A stretch of DNA of 46,410 nt. Origin: Octopus bimaculoides. Lineage: Eukaryota. Made by a program: the position numbers and the translations under genes. Positions 1 to 12,714 of this stretch are shown here, in pieces. The first letter of the stretch is position 1; the number at the start of each line of letters is the position of its first letter. The DNA lies in NCBI RefSeq assembly GCF_001194135.2, contig NC_068994.1:35852497-35898906 (forward strand). The letters run 5' to 3'. Under the pieces are notes generated by a model, which worked only from the letters and a program-made list of their open reading frames with translations, made no database searches and was not told where the DNA came from.

Positions 1-43
1 ATATATATATATATATATATATACATGCATACATATATATAGT

Positions 44-781
44 GCATGACCTGGGCATTGACATGAGCAATGATGCATTTTTCCAAGTGCATATTACCAA
101 TTTGGTAATGAAATGCACATGGCTGGCTAGATGGATCCTCCAAACTTTCAAAACGAGAGAAAAAGAAACATTGATGATCCTTTGGAGGAACATACATTCT
201 CAGCCACTTAGGCTATTGCTCCCAACTATGGTCACCACACAATAAAAAATCTACAACAGAACTCAAAGCAATCCAACGAAGCTACACTAAGAAAATCATC
301 TTGATGCAACATGTCAGCTACCAGTAAAGACTTAAAGAATTAAAACTCTTCTCCCTGGAACGAAGGCGGGAGAGGTATGCAGTGATATACATCTGGAAAG
401 TCCTAGAAGGCCTTGTACCAAACTTACTTAAACAGCAGAACGGGGCACCTCTGTATACTGCCAAAGATCCCAGCGTCGCTATCAACATGTAGGACAAGAT
501 ACTGCAACAACTTGAGCTTCAGGGGCCCACAACTCTTTCATATCCTTCCAAAATGCCCGAGAGACCTGCATGGTGTAGATGTAAGTGTCTTTAAAACAAA
601 ACTGGATCTCTTCCTGATACAGGTTCCAGACGAATCTACCTTCCAGCAGGAAACACAGATGAGGGAAGCAGCATCAAACTCCCTCATTGACCAAATGCCA
701 CATATCAGAGGAAGTTCCTAATAATGGTGTAGCTCAGTCAACGATGGTGCTCCAGCATAGCCACAGCTTTGCAGCTGAAAC
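44..781 (+). mobile_element. CR1/L2-group LINE 3' fragment (pseudogenised RT C-terminus plus tail)
   Basis: Translates with frameshifts and stops to DLGIDMS...WILQTFKTR...YCSQLWSP...AIQRSYTKKI...RLKELKLFSLERRRERY...FKTKLDLFL. Confidence 0.85.
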
Positions 782-854
782 ATTTTAAAATAGTTATATA
801 TATATGTATAAATATTATCCATATATATATATGTGTGTGTGTATATAATATTTA

Positions 855-898
<44 letters not shown>

Positions 899-929
899 TT
901 AGCCATATATATATATGTGTGTGTGTATA

Positions 930-1578
930 NNNNNNNNNNNNNNNNNNNNNNNNNNNNNNNNNNNNNNNNNNNNNNNNNNNNNNNNNNNNNNNNNNNNNNN
1001 NNNNNNNNNNNNNNNNNNNNNNNNNNNNNNNNNNNNNNNNNNNNNNNNNNNNNNNNNNNNNNNNNNNNNNNNNNNNNNNNNNNNNNNNNNNNNNNNNNNN
1101 NNNNNNNNNNNNNNNNNNNNNNNNNNNNNNNNNNNNNNNNNNNNNNNNNNNNNNNNNNNNNNNNNNNNNNNNNNNNNNNNNNNNNNNNNNNNNNNNNNNN
1201 NNNNNNNNNNNNNNNNNNNNNNNNNNNNNNNNNNNNNNNNNNNNNNNNNNNNNNNNNNNNNNNNNNNNNNNNNNNNNNNNNNNNNNNNNNNNNNNNNNNN
1301 NNNNNNNNNNNNNNNNNNNNNNNNNNNNNNNNNNNNNNNNNNNNNNNNNNNNNNNNNNNNNNNNNNNNNNNNNNNNNNNNNNNNNNNNNNNNNNNNNNNN
1401 NNNNNNNNNNNNNNNNNNNNNNNNNNNNNNNNNNNNNNNNNNNNNNNNNNNNNNNNNNNNNNNNNNNNNNNNNNNNNNNNNNNNNNNNNNNNNNNNNNNN
1501 NNNNNNNNNNNNNNNNNNNNNNNNNNNNNNNNNNNNNNNNNNNNNNNNNNNNNNNNNNNNNNNNNNNNNNNNNNNNNN
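930..1578. other. Assembly gap (others at 3075-3521, 5712-6138, 31915-32113, 39356-39455)
   Basis: N runs. The last is exactly 100 N, which often marks a gap of unknown size. Confidence 0.99.
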
Positions 1579-1624
1579 ATATATATGTATATATATATAT
1601 ATATATATATTTATATGCATGTAT

Positions 1625-1845
1625 ATGTATGCATTTGTTTGTGTGTCTGTGTTTGTTCCCCCAACATTGCTTGACAACTGGTGATGGTGTGTTTACATCT
1701 TTGTAACTTAGCAGTCTGGCTAAAGAGATATTCAGAATAAGTACTAGGCTTAGAAAGAATAAGTCCTGTGGTCTATTTTCTCGACTCATGGCGGTGCTCC
1801 AGCATGACCACAGTCAAATAACTGAAACAAAGAAAAGATTAAAGA
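1625..1845 (+). mobile_element. Family-B SINE 3' half
   Basis: tgtttgttccccc..cttgacaactgg...ggcggtgctccagcatgaccacagtcaaataactgaaac. Confidence 0.8.
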
Positions 1846-1861
1846 ACATATATATCTTAAG

Positions 1862-3057
1862 ATTTCATGGGGTAGGACCACCTTTGGCTGTAATTACAGC
1901 TTGAATTCTATGAGGTATGGATTCATACAAAGTTTGTATTGTTTCCGAAGGAATTTTTGTCCATTCTTCAGCTAAAACAGTCTCCAGTTCTTGTAGTGAT
2001 GATGAAGCAAGATATCGACTTCTTAATTGTTTTTCTAAAATGCACCATAAATGTTCAATAATATTGAGATCTGGAGACTGTGGTGGCCATAGAATGTTCC
2101 TTGTGCCATTCAGTAACAACTTTAGTTGTGCGAATTGGTGCATTATCATCCTGAAATATTGCGTTTCCCTCTGGAAACAGTTCTGCAACCGTAGGATAAA
2201 TTTGATCAGATAAAATGCTTAAACAATCTTGACCATTAATTCTGCCATGAAGGGAAACCATTGGATCGGTGGATTTCCAAGATATAGCAACTCCCAGATC
2301 ATCACCAATTTTCCTCCATGATTAACAGTTGGAAGAAGGCAGTCTTGGTTAAATGCTTCTTTTGGCTGTCTCCACACATATACTTGGCTGGTGGTTGGAA
2401 ATAAGGTAAAGGATGACTCATCTGAGAAAATAACATTCTTCCACTGCTCTAGGGACCAATTCTGTATGTTTTTACTCCACTCTAAATGCTTTGTAACGTT
2501 TGTTTTTGAAAGCAGTGATTTTCTGATTGCAGTCCTTCCATGAAATCTGGTTTTGTGCAGCTCCTGGTGAACAGTTTTTGTGGAAACTGGGTTCTCAAGG
2601 TGGTCATTAAGCTCTACTGGAATTTTGGGAGCTGTATTTTTGTGATCCTTTCTAACAATTTGCATAAGAGTCTGAAGGTCCCTATCTGAAAGTTTTAGAT
2701 TTCTTCCAGAGTTTTGTTTTGATGAGGAGGTTTTTCCCTATTTCTCAAAGGCTGTCATTACTTTCGACACAGTACTTCTTGATACACCAAACACTTCAGC
2801 TGTTTTTGTTACGCTAGCGCCTGCCATATGAGCACCAACAACATGGCCTCTTTGAAAGTCCAATAGATCTGTCATTTTAATGAATTTTAATTACCTTTTT
2901 CTGAAGATATCTGAAATGAAACAGCCATTTTAGCAAAACATATTAAGCAACACTAATAATAGATAAAAAAAACATTTAAATAAACAAGCTTTAGACGGTT
3001 TTATTGATATTTCAAAATTATGATGCTAGGTGTTTTTATTATTTTGTCCAACCCATG
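1862..3057 (-). mobile_element. Tc1-family DNA transposon, one TIR retained
   Basis: TA|CATGGGTTGGACAAAATAATAAAAACACC terminus at 3057 next to (TA)n. No matching TIR after the transposase end. Confidence 0.9.
1865..2875 (-). pseudogene. Tc1 transposase pseudogene
   Basis: MTDLLDFQRGHVVGAHMAGASVTKTAEVFGVSRSTVSKV..., VIFSDES, IFQDDNAP, WPPQSPDLNIIEHLW, ...KGGPTP. Interrupted by stops, frameshifts and a small deletion between the second D and the E. Confidence 0.92.
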
Positions 3058-3869
3058 TATATATATATATATATNNNNNNNNNNNNNNNNNNNNNNNNNN
3101 NNNNNNNNNNNNNNNNNNNNNNNNNNNNNNNNNNNNNNNNNNNNNNNNNNNNNNNNNNNNNNNNNNNNNNNNNNNNNNNNNNNNNNNNNNNNNNNNNNNN
3201 NNNNNNNNNNNNNNNNNNNNNNNNNNNNNNNNNNNNNNNNNNNNNNNNNNNNNNNNNNNNNNNNNNNNNNNNNNNNNNNNNNNNNNNNNNNNNNNNNNNN
3301 NNNNNNNNNNNNNNNNNNNNNNNNNNNNNNNNNNNNNNNNNNNNNNNNNNNNNNNNNNNNNNNNNNNNNNNNNNNNNNNNNNNNNNNNNNNNNNNNNNNN
3401 NNNNNNNNNNNNNNNNNNNNNNNNNNNNNNNNNNNNNNNNNNNNNNNNNNNNNNNNNNNNNNNNNNNNNNNNNNNNNNNNNNNNNNNNNNNNNNNNNNNN
3501 NNNNNNNNNNNNNNNNNNNNNATATATATATATATATATATATATAAATTTGTTCTGAGTGAGAGATACATATACACACATGTATACATGTAAATTTCTG
3601 CATGTAGCTGTATGGATGTGCATGTGTTTCACTGTTTATGCTCAGATACATACCTATACACATGCTTGTTTTATATATTTATGTTAATGCTAATTCTTCT
3701 AGACATTTATACACAAATGTATATCCTGATATATATATATTCATATACTTCTGTAAGTATACATATGTTCTAATATATGATTTATATTATGTGTGTGTAT
3801 GTATACACACTTGTCTTCCCAACTTTAAAACATTTATCTAAAATTTCTGTATTTTAGCACCATTGTTAG

Positions 3870-4112
3870 AAATCATCGTCATCATTATCATTATCATCAC
3901 TATCGTCATCATTCTTGTCATCATTCTCAACATCAATGCTGTCATAATGATCGTCAGCGTAATCATCACCACCTCCACCATCATTATCATCATCATCTTC
4001 ACCGTCATCATTATTCATTGTCAACATTGTCATAGTCATCATCAACATGACCACTACCACCACCACCACCACCATTATCATCAACATCATCATCATCATC
4101 ATCATCCTCATT
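3870..4112. repeat. Degenerate (ATC)/(CAC) trinucleotide tract
   Basis: Direct reading; it produces the spurious His/Ile-rich ORFs. Confidence 0.95.
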
Positions 4113-4636
4113 AATGTTGTTTTGAAACTTGAAGGAACATGTGGCCCGAGTCTCTTAACATTTAACAAATATAAAAAGAAAAAAAAACAAAAGCAAAAAA
4201 AAAAAATCGATAAAGAATAAATAAAAAAAATAAATCAATAACCACAGAATGATATCAATAACAAATCGATAGGAGAAGTGCTCTCATCGGAGAGATATTC
4301 CCAAGCTATGGGAGAGTGGGGGTTAGGATATGTCACAGGGGGAATCTCTCTAATTGAGAACTATTTTTAACAGTTCTCCTAAGATACATTTCTCCTTTGC
4401 ATCAGACATCAGTGGCTGCAGCGATATTTACTAATGTTTAAGGGAGATAACTAAAATCTCTTGAGAGCATGTGTTACTTTATATGTCTGTCTGTCTACGT
4501 GTGTATATATTTATGTGTATGAGTGTATATGTGCATGCATACATGCATGTGTGTGTATCTGTGTGTGATATAGAGGTAGAAAGAGAGGGTTCAGGTACAA
4601 ATTATATACATGTATGTATGTATACATGAATGTGTA

Positions 4637-4692
<56 letters not shown>

Positions 4693-4790
4693 ATATATAT
4701 TCATATATGTATATCTATATGTATATATATCATATATCTGTACACACACACATACACATGCTCATATATTCATATAAGCATCTGTGTGTA

Positions 4791-4842
<52 letters not shown>

Positions 4843-5050
4843 CAAAATTTTCTATGCACACACACACAACATATATCTGTATGTATTTGAGTGTGCATTT
4901 ATTACCTGTGAATAAATATGAATGTGTACGTGTTTCTGTGTGTATATGTATGTGTGTGTGTGTTTTGTGTTTGTATTTGCTAGTGTTGTGAAATAATATT
5001 GTATGTGCATGCATATATACATTGTGTGTGTGTGATAGAGGAATGAGTGC

Positions 5051-5093
<43 letters not shown>

Positions 5094-5304
5094 GATGAAA
5101 ATTGGAAATCCAAGTGAATTTCACTTAGAAAATGGATTGTTAAAGATGAATTTATACTCTCAATTCCTCACTCAATAGCAGGAAGTAAGACATGGAGGGG
5201 GGTCGACATTTGCCTCAAGGGTAAAAGATTCTTTAACATGCGACAATAAAGAAGATAAAGGGACATGCAATAATAAATCTCTTTTTGATTCCATTTCATA
5301 CTTC

Positions 5305-5711
5305 TGAAGTTGTTGTTGTTATTGTTGATGTTGAAGTTGTATCAGTGTTGATGTGGTAACTGCTGTTGTTGCTGTTGTTGTTATTATTGCTTTGTTGTTG
5401 TAGTTGTTGTTATTGTTCTTGTCCTTACTCGTGCTATTGTTGTTCATGTTGTTGCTGTTATTGTAGTTGCTGTTGTCGTTGTCATCGTTATTGTTGTTGT
5501 TATTGCTGTAGTGTTACTGTCGATACTGTTTCTCTTCTTACTGTTATCGCTGCTGTTTTTGTTGTTGTTATCGACGTTGTTCCTACTGTTATCATGTTAG
5601 TTTTGTTGTTGCTGTTGTTATACTTATTGTTGTCATTACTGCTAACCTATTGTTGTTATAGTTACTGTTGTTATTCTTATTATTGTGATCGTTATTGCTT
5701 TTGTCTTTATA
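5305..5711. repeat. Degenerate (GTT)/(GCT) tract running into an N-gap
   Basis: Direct reading. Confidence 0.95.
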
Positions 5712-6185
5712 NNNNNNNNNNNNNNNNNNNNNNNNNNNNNNNNNNNNNNNNNNNNNNNNNNNNNNNNNNNNNNNNNNNNNNNNNNNNNNNNNNNNNNNNN
5801 NNNNNNNNNNNNNNNNNNNNNNNNNNNNNNNNNNNNNNNNNNNNNNNNNNNNNNNNNNNNNNNNNNNNNNNNNNNNNNNNNNNNNNNNNNNNNNNNNNNN
5901 NNNNNNNNNNNNNNNNNNNNNNNNNNNNNNNNNNNNNNNNNNNNNNNNNNNNNNNNNNNNNNNNNNNNNNNNNNNNNNNNNNNNNNNNNNNNNNNNNNNN
6001 NNNNNNNNNNNNNNNNNNNNNNNNNNNNNNNNNNNNNNNNNNNNNNNNNNNNNNNNNNNNNNNNNNNNNNNNNNNNNNNNNNNNNNNNNNNNNNNNNNNN
6101 NNNNNNNNNNNNNNNNNNNNNNNNNNNNNNNNNNNNNNGTGACTATAGCAGAAAGGGTTATTATGCATTATTTCTAGTAAGTTAA

Positions 6186-6620
6186 AGGTGGTGAGCTGGC
6201 AGAATCGTTAGCATGCTGAGCAACATTTTGTCTGTTTTTATGTTCTGAGTTCAAATTCTGCTGAGGTCGACTTTGCCTTTTATCTTTTCAGAGACAATAA
6301 AATAAGTAACGGTTGAGTACTAGGGTTGATTTAATTAACTTACCCATCCTCAAATTGCTGGCCTTGTGCCAAAATTTGAAAACATTATTTCTAGCAAGTT
6401 AAGGCAGTGAATCAGCAGAATCATTAGCATGCCAGGCAAAATGCTTAGCAGCATTTTGTCTGTCTTTACATTCTGAGTTCAAATTCCACTGAGGTCAACT
6501 TTGTCTTTCATCTTGTTTGGGCTGATGAAATACGTATAAATTGAGCACTGGGGTTGAAATAATTGACTAGCCCCCTCCCCCAAAATTTCAGGTCTTGTGC
6601 CTATAGTAGAAAGGATCATT
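6186..6620 (+). mobile_element. Two tandem tRNA-derived SINEs (family A)
   Basis: Head aaggtggtgagctggcagaatcgttagc, B-box-like gagttcaaatt. Tails ...gtgccaaaatttgaaaac and ...gcctatagtagaaagg. Confidence 0.8.
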
Positions 6621-8307
6621 TCTAACAAGTTCAATGACCATTTAGAATCTACCTTGTTCGTTCACTATTGGTGTTGTTATTGTTGTTGTTGTTGTTGCAG
6701 GTAGCATCATTGTTGTCATTGATTTTGTTGTTATAAAAATATATCATATTTAACTAAATCCTATAATCAACTTTCTAATCCAATGGCAACAATAACAGCA
6801 GCAGCAGCAGCAGCAGCAACAACCACAACAATAACAGCAGCAGCAACAACAGCAACATGAACAAAAGCAACAACAACAACAATAACAATAATGGTGATGA
6901 AGACGAGACAAGAATGGCAACATAAACAAGAACAACATCTAAGGACAGGAAAAATAATAAGATCGGTTTTATATCTGCGGGTTTTCTTCAGCGAATTGTT
7001 TTGCCAATTTGATCAATTTTTAATCAGAATTACATTTCAGAATTTCTAATGAAAGTATCTATTACTATAATATTCAATTATAAAAGAGATCACAGATGGA
7101 AAACAAGAATTAAGAAATAGCTGGATATTTATTAGCTACTTTCCCAATAAGAGGAATGCTGTGTGTATGTAAGTATGTGTGTTTTCTGTATTATATCTCC
7201 TCTGTGTGTTTGTATGTGATATGTGTATGTGTGTGATCTGAATATCTTCTGAGTGTAAGCTGTCTGTTCTGTCTGTGCATATATATGCGTGTATAGTAGA
7301 GGGGTGTGATTGCAAGTTTCTCCCTCTCTGAAATGTAATTTAATGATAAACTGTCCTGTAAAGATATGCCGCAAAGGCTAGTATACACTTCATGGCACAA
7401 AATTAGATATTAAAAGGAAAAATAAAGCAGTGATGGTCGAAGTTGGAGGCAAAGAGAAGGATTAAGTAGAAGAAAACCAAGAATGAAATGGCATATATCA
7501 TGTTTAACAAAGTGAAACACAATTCTTTCCATTGAGAGAGATATAAGTTTGCTATTCACATCTTGAAATTTTATTAGATATTTGCAGGCAAACCTAATTT
7601 ATAAGCTTTTGCTTTCAAGCCATGTAATTCTGGTTTCAAATTAAATATCATAATTGGAGGACTGAAACCAATTTTAGAATCAACTTATATTTATTAGTGT
7701 GTTTTGACTGCTGAAGATTTTATCTTTGCTTCTTCTTTCATTTTCTCTCTTTCTCTCTCTCTCTCTCTCCTCCCTCCCCCCTTTCTCTCTCTTTATCTCT
7801 CTTTCTCTCCCTTTCTCTATCTCTGTCTTTCTTTTAGTGTGTGTATGTATGTGCGTGTGTGTGTGTTTGTGTATGTCAGTGTGCAATAATAATAGCACTA
7901 GGCATCAGTGTCCATTGAATGTCCAAAGTCTATAACTGTCTACTTTCGCTATCTTTTGACTATTCATGGATGTTTCAGAAACAGAAACTAAAATTTAAAC
8001 CAAATGACATAATTTGAATATAGTTTTAAATAATTAAATAAATAAATAAATAATAAAAGAAAAAGGATAAAAGAGAATGACAAAAATAGAAACAATTATA
8101 CAAAAAAATCACGTTGAATTTAAAATTGCCAAGACATATTTTTAGTTTGTTTGTTTGTTTATTTCATTTGCTTTTAGTTCATAACTCACCACGGCAGTGT
8201 CCATATGATTATTCTTCCTGATAGAAGGAAATCTTCCTCACATTGCTATACTTTATTTTCTTCATAACGATGGAATATATTGAGTAGTATAGACTTAGAT
8301 ACACACT

Positions 8308-8357
8308 GGGCAGTCTTAGATACAATAGGGCAGTCTTAGACACAATAGGGCAGTCTT
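8308..8357 (+). repeat. 20-bp tandem repeat x2.5
   Basis: gggcagtcttagatacaata / gggcagtcttagacacaata / gggcagtctt. Confidence 0.9.
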
Positions 8358-8950
8358 GACTTGAATTACTTTGAACATAGGTCTGTTTGATCAAGTTTCA
8401 CCTTAGACTAAACAACAATAACACTGCCAACAATAACAACATGCTTAATCTAAGGAAGAGCCTCTTTGTGAGCTGCTAGCTTGTGAGAAATAGTGGCCAA
8501 ATTTCTCTGAAGTCACATTTTGCTTATTAAAAAATATAAATGACATACAAAAATGTATTCCTGGATGAAAAGAAAAAATTGGACCAGACAGTTATGGCTA
8601 GAACACCATTGCTTCTAAGTCTGCTTCATCATGGTTTCTTTTATTCTTGTTAATTCCAAAGACTGGTGTTGAGAGGTGAAAGAGGCCTTTCTTGGCCACT
8701 TCAAAGTAACAGATAATGCAAGAGAAAGGGAGAGAGACCAAAGAGAAATAAACTCTTATAGTACATAACTGGTAGACAAGGTATTCGATTTGATATTTTA
8801 CCAATTCACAGTCATGATCAGAGCTGACCTGGTGGTTAAATAACATCAACAACTACTAGCACCATCACTGTTTGCTGAATAAAGTTGTCTTAGCTGCATT
8901 GCTAACATAGGATAAGGGAAAGCACAAAATGACAAGCTAACATAACATAG

Positions 8951-9025
<75 letters not shown>

Positions 9026-9194
9026 CAATCATCATCATCTTTTGTTTTGAAATCCCAAATGTTTGCATGAGTCAGTAGAAATTCCTTGAGGCAGATTTTC
9101 TATATGACTAGATGCTCTTCCTGTCACCAATCCTCACTTGATTTCAAGCAATGGCTCTGCTAGTATGACAGCAGCATGTTTACAGTTAGCATGC

Positions 9195-9410
9195 AATGTT
9201 AAGATAAGGGGACATAAACACATGCACACATACATACGTACACTCACACACACACACACACACATGCACTGACATGCACATGCACAACAGGCTTCTTTCA
9301 GTTTCTGTCTAGCAAATCCACTCACAAGGTTTTGGACTAACTTAGACTATAGTAAAAGTCACTTCCCAAAGTGCTGCTTAGTAGGACCAAATTCAAACCA
9401 CATTGTTATG
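9195..9410 (-). mobile_element. Family-B SINE 5' half
   Basis: cttctttcagtttctgtctagcaaatccactcacaagg...ctatagtaaaagtcacttcccaaag. Confidence 0.7.
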
Positions 9411-9967
9411 AATGGAAATTTTTAAGCCACACATTCGTGTCTGCACCAACATATATTTCAGAAATAAAAACAAATAGAAACAAATCAGAAAATAGAAATA
9501 TGAAATTAACTTACTTGAATCCCATAAATTCTTTGCAATATTGACAAAGATAGAGAGAAGACACTTGGCTAGAATGGCTTCATCAATTGTCTGCAGCAAG
9601 AGAAGTAAATGGCAGACTTTTTCTACATCCATTTGAAGTTTGATGCTGAATCTAATCTTTCCAAAACTTGAAAATTTTGCAAATATTTTTGGAAAATTTC
9701 AAGAAATGTTTTTCTTTTCTTTTCTCTTTTTTTCCAAGGAAAAACCAGAATTGCATATTTTAACTAGAATCCATACGCTTTTTAATGTTACTGTTTGTTA
9801 TGGATATGCTAACATAGATGACATATATAAAATACATTTTTATACGTTTCTAATTGAAAAATATTGATCTCAAATATCTCATTCCAATTTAAATAACCCT
9901 CTGTAAATTAAAAATGGGAAAAAAAGTCACACACACGCACACACACATACACACATACACACACATG

Positions 9968-10006
<39 letters not shown>

Positions 10007-10182
10007 ATGTGTGTGTGTGCATGTATACATGTGTGTATGTGTGTATATATATATATATATATCTTGTATGCATGTAAGCATTTATATATAAGCATTACTG
10101 ACAAATATATCAAATATATAGTTTGTATGGAGGTGGCAAAGAGGAAAGAAAGAAGAGGAGAAAAGAAAAATATTTAAATGAA

Positions 10183-10184
<2 letters not shown>

Positions 10185-10215
<31 letters not shown>

Positions 10216-10321
10216 TTGATAAGAAATTAGAATTTAGTGAAATTAGGAACAGAATCAATTTTAAAAATGATTGAAAATGCCCAAAACCTAAATAATATTA
10301 CTAATACTAATACTAATAATC

Positions 10322-10355
<34 letters not shown>

Positions 10356-10486
10356 TAATAATAATTAATAATGATAATAACAATAATAATAATAATAATA
10401 ATGAGACTGATAATAATTTTTTTTTATTAACCACAGCAATAGAATTATGACAATTATGATGATGAAGAGGATGAATGATAACGACT

Positions 10487-10523
<37 letters not shown>

Positions 10524-10590
10524 GGATAGTGATAATGATGATGGTGATGGCCACAATGTTGATGATGATGATGACAATGATGATATGAAA
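10185..10590. repeat. (AAT)n and (GAT)n compound microsatellite
   Basis: Direct reading. Confidence 0.95.
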
Positions 10591-11047
10591 TAAATAATTA
10601 ATGAATAATTATATTGAATCTTATAGCCTGTGGAAATTTCCATCTTTTCCTGGCACTTAATTAATGAGTTAAGAGTTTAATATTGTGAAGTTTTGAGATA
10701 TTAATATGAAAAGTCAGGAAAAAAAATCCTTTCACTCTAATTGCATATGTGTAACTGGAACAGATTATATCCATACAAGAAGTCTGCAATGCATTTCTTT
10801 AAAGTCAGCAGGAAGTTATCTTCATACCTTATGCTTCGCTATGTCAAAATACATTAGAAATATTGGTTTTTAACGCTATAATTCTTGTGGTTATTAGGTC
10901 TTAAAATGTTATATAACATAATATCATTTATTATGTGTAGTAGCTGATTAATGGTGCTATCTAATAAAAGTCCTAGCTGTTAGAAAACTAACATTCATTT
11001 AGATTTGTGTTTGCAGGTAGGAAAAGCGTTCAAACAAAGCTGGTTAT

Positions 11048-11310
11048 TCACGAAAATGGTACTTTCGGTAAAGGTTTATTGTATGCTGTGAAACTATTCC
11101 GCATTGGTAAATTCCAGGTTGGAGGCATGTTAGCATTATCCACTTGAGTTGTTTTTAGATTTATAACATTATTGGTCTGACTAAACTGTTTAGGACTAGT
11201 TTGGTAAGAAGAGCTAATGGCAAGATTGCTATTTCTAGGTCTGCTAAGAACTTGAGGTAAGGTTTTTCTGTCTGCATCTGGAGTCAGTTTAAGTTGGACA
11301 CCTTTGACAC
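11048..11310 (-). CDS. Protocadherin terminal coding exon (GVKGVQLKLTPD...WNLPMRNSFTAYNKPLPKVPFS*)
   Basis: Very strong acceptor (ttttttttatatttcctttcttttttgcAG), open for 86 codons in phase 1 (matches exon 2 donor) to TGA at 11050-11048. AATAAA on the minus strand at 10932-10927. The C-terminus resembles cephalopod protocadherin tails as I recall them. Confidence 0.82.
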
Positions 11311-12714
11311 CTGCAAAAAAGAAAGGAAATATAAAAAAAAGAATGGCATTAATAATTTCATAAAAAATTATTTTAATTAACTATTTTTAATACCAACCCA
11401 CTTTGGGCTAACTTTCTTCCTATGATACACACTTCCAGTTTTGAAGTATTTTGAATTAAAACCTATTATTAAAATTCCATGCTAATTTATACTCCAGACA
11501 CCAGATTGATGATGACAAAGTTATTTAACTAAATTATTAAAAAAAATTAAGTGAAATCAAAGGATCATATTTTGGCAGAGCTGTAATGGCAAAATTGTGC
11601 AATACTACATTTAATATATTGTTTTTAATGACTTTAGTGAGTGGAGGTAGACCAAAGCCCTTAACACTTTTCAGAATCTCTTAGACTGATGGGTGGAGGG
11701 GAGACAATTATAGACAGCTCAGAGATCAAGACAAAATTCTTGCAACAGTGCAGATGTACTTAACGTTACTCAAAGACCAGGTAGTTGTGTTAATATGAAC
11801 AATAGATTGAGTCTACCATGCATATACTGAAGTAGCTACTCTGACAAAATTCATCACAGTTTCCATCTACCAAATTTTAATCACAAGGTTTTGAGCACAT
11901 GAAGCTATGGTAAAAATATCTTTCCCAAGGTACAGCATAGTAGAATTGTGAAACTAAAACCATATAGTTACTATATTAGAAAAGGCTCATAAAAAGTAAT
12001 TTGAGATAAATGGAAGTATTTTAGTAAGTACAAACATATATTTTATATCAGATTTAAGTCCTACCTATATTCTGTTTTGAAATGGAGAAAAGATTGAGTG
12101 GAGAATGTTCTTCTGTTTTCTCTATTACAGAATGTGAAAGGAAGGCAGAGCTCACAGAGTTTGTAAGTCTTCTCAGATTGGAGATGTTTACCGTGGATTT
12201 TTGTAGATTGTTGATGCCTACAAAATGGAAGTCCTGGAAGGGAACTAAACGGCCTTTGTTTCAATTAATTTTGAAAATAATTACAATGTTAGTAAAATGA
12301 CTTTGTCCTTATTATGCTGGTGTTTGGAACATAAATTAACATGAAACTTTAGTGGAAGTATTAAGTTTAGAAAACAGAAAGTTTTATCATAGAACCAGAT
12401 GCAGTCCTGGGCAAGTGGATATAAAAAAAAAAAGATTTTAATTTCGATTTAGATTCCTTTAAAACAAAAAGGTTTATGTAAAACAACTGGAGCAGTTTTG
12501 GCTGTAACAGTATCAAAAGGGTTAAGAACAGTATTTGTTGAATAGTTTGTGCAATCAGATGAGTTAAGAAAAACGGGTGAGGAGGTAAATAAGTGTAGTA
12601 ATAAATATGTAAATTCAAAAGTGCGGCAACTGTTGTAGTACCAGTAAAAGAGAGAGGGAGATAGAAAGAGAGAGAGAGATTGTGTTAGTAATGGTCATGT
12701 ATATAACCTTCTTT

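Noticed and set aside
769-1789. Long ORFs spanning N-gaps (also 3001-3663, 5685-6185, 31772-32213)
   Set aside because: Artefacts of translating Ns and (TA)n.
8308-8357. Tandem repeat as a CRISPR-like array
   Set aside because: No spacers, eukaryotic context, simple 20-bp slippage.
11078-11103. MRNSF as a WIRS (WAVE-binding) motif
   Set aside because: WIRS needs a bulky hydrophobic residue two positions before S/T-F; here it is Arg.
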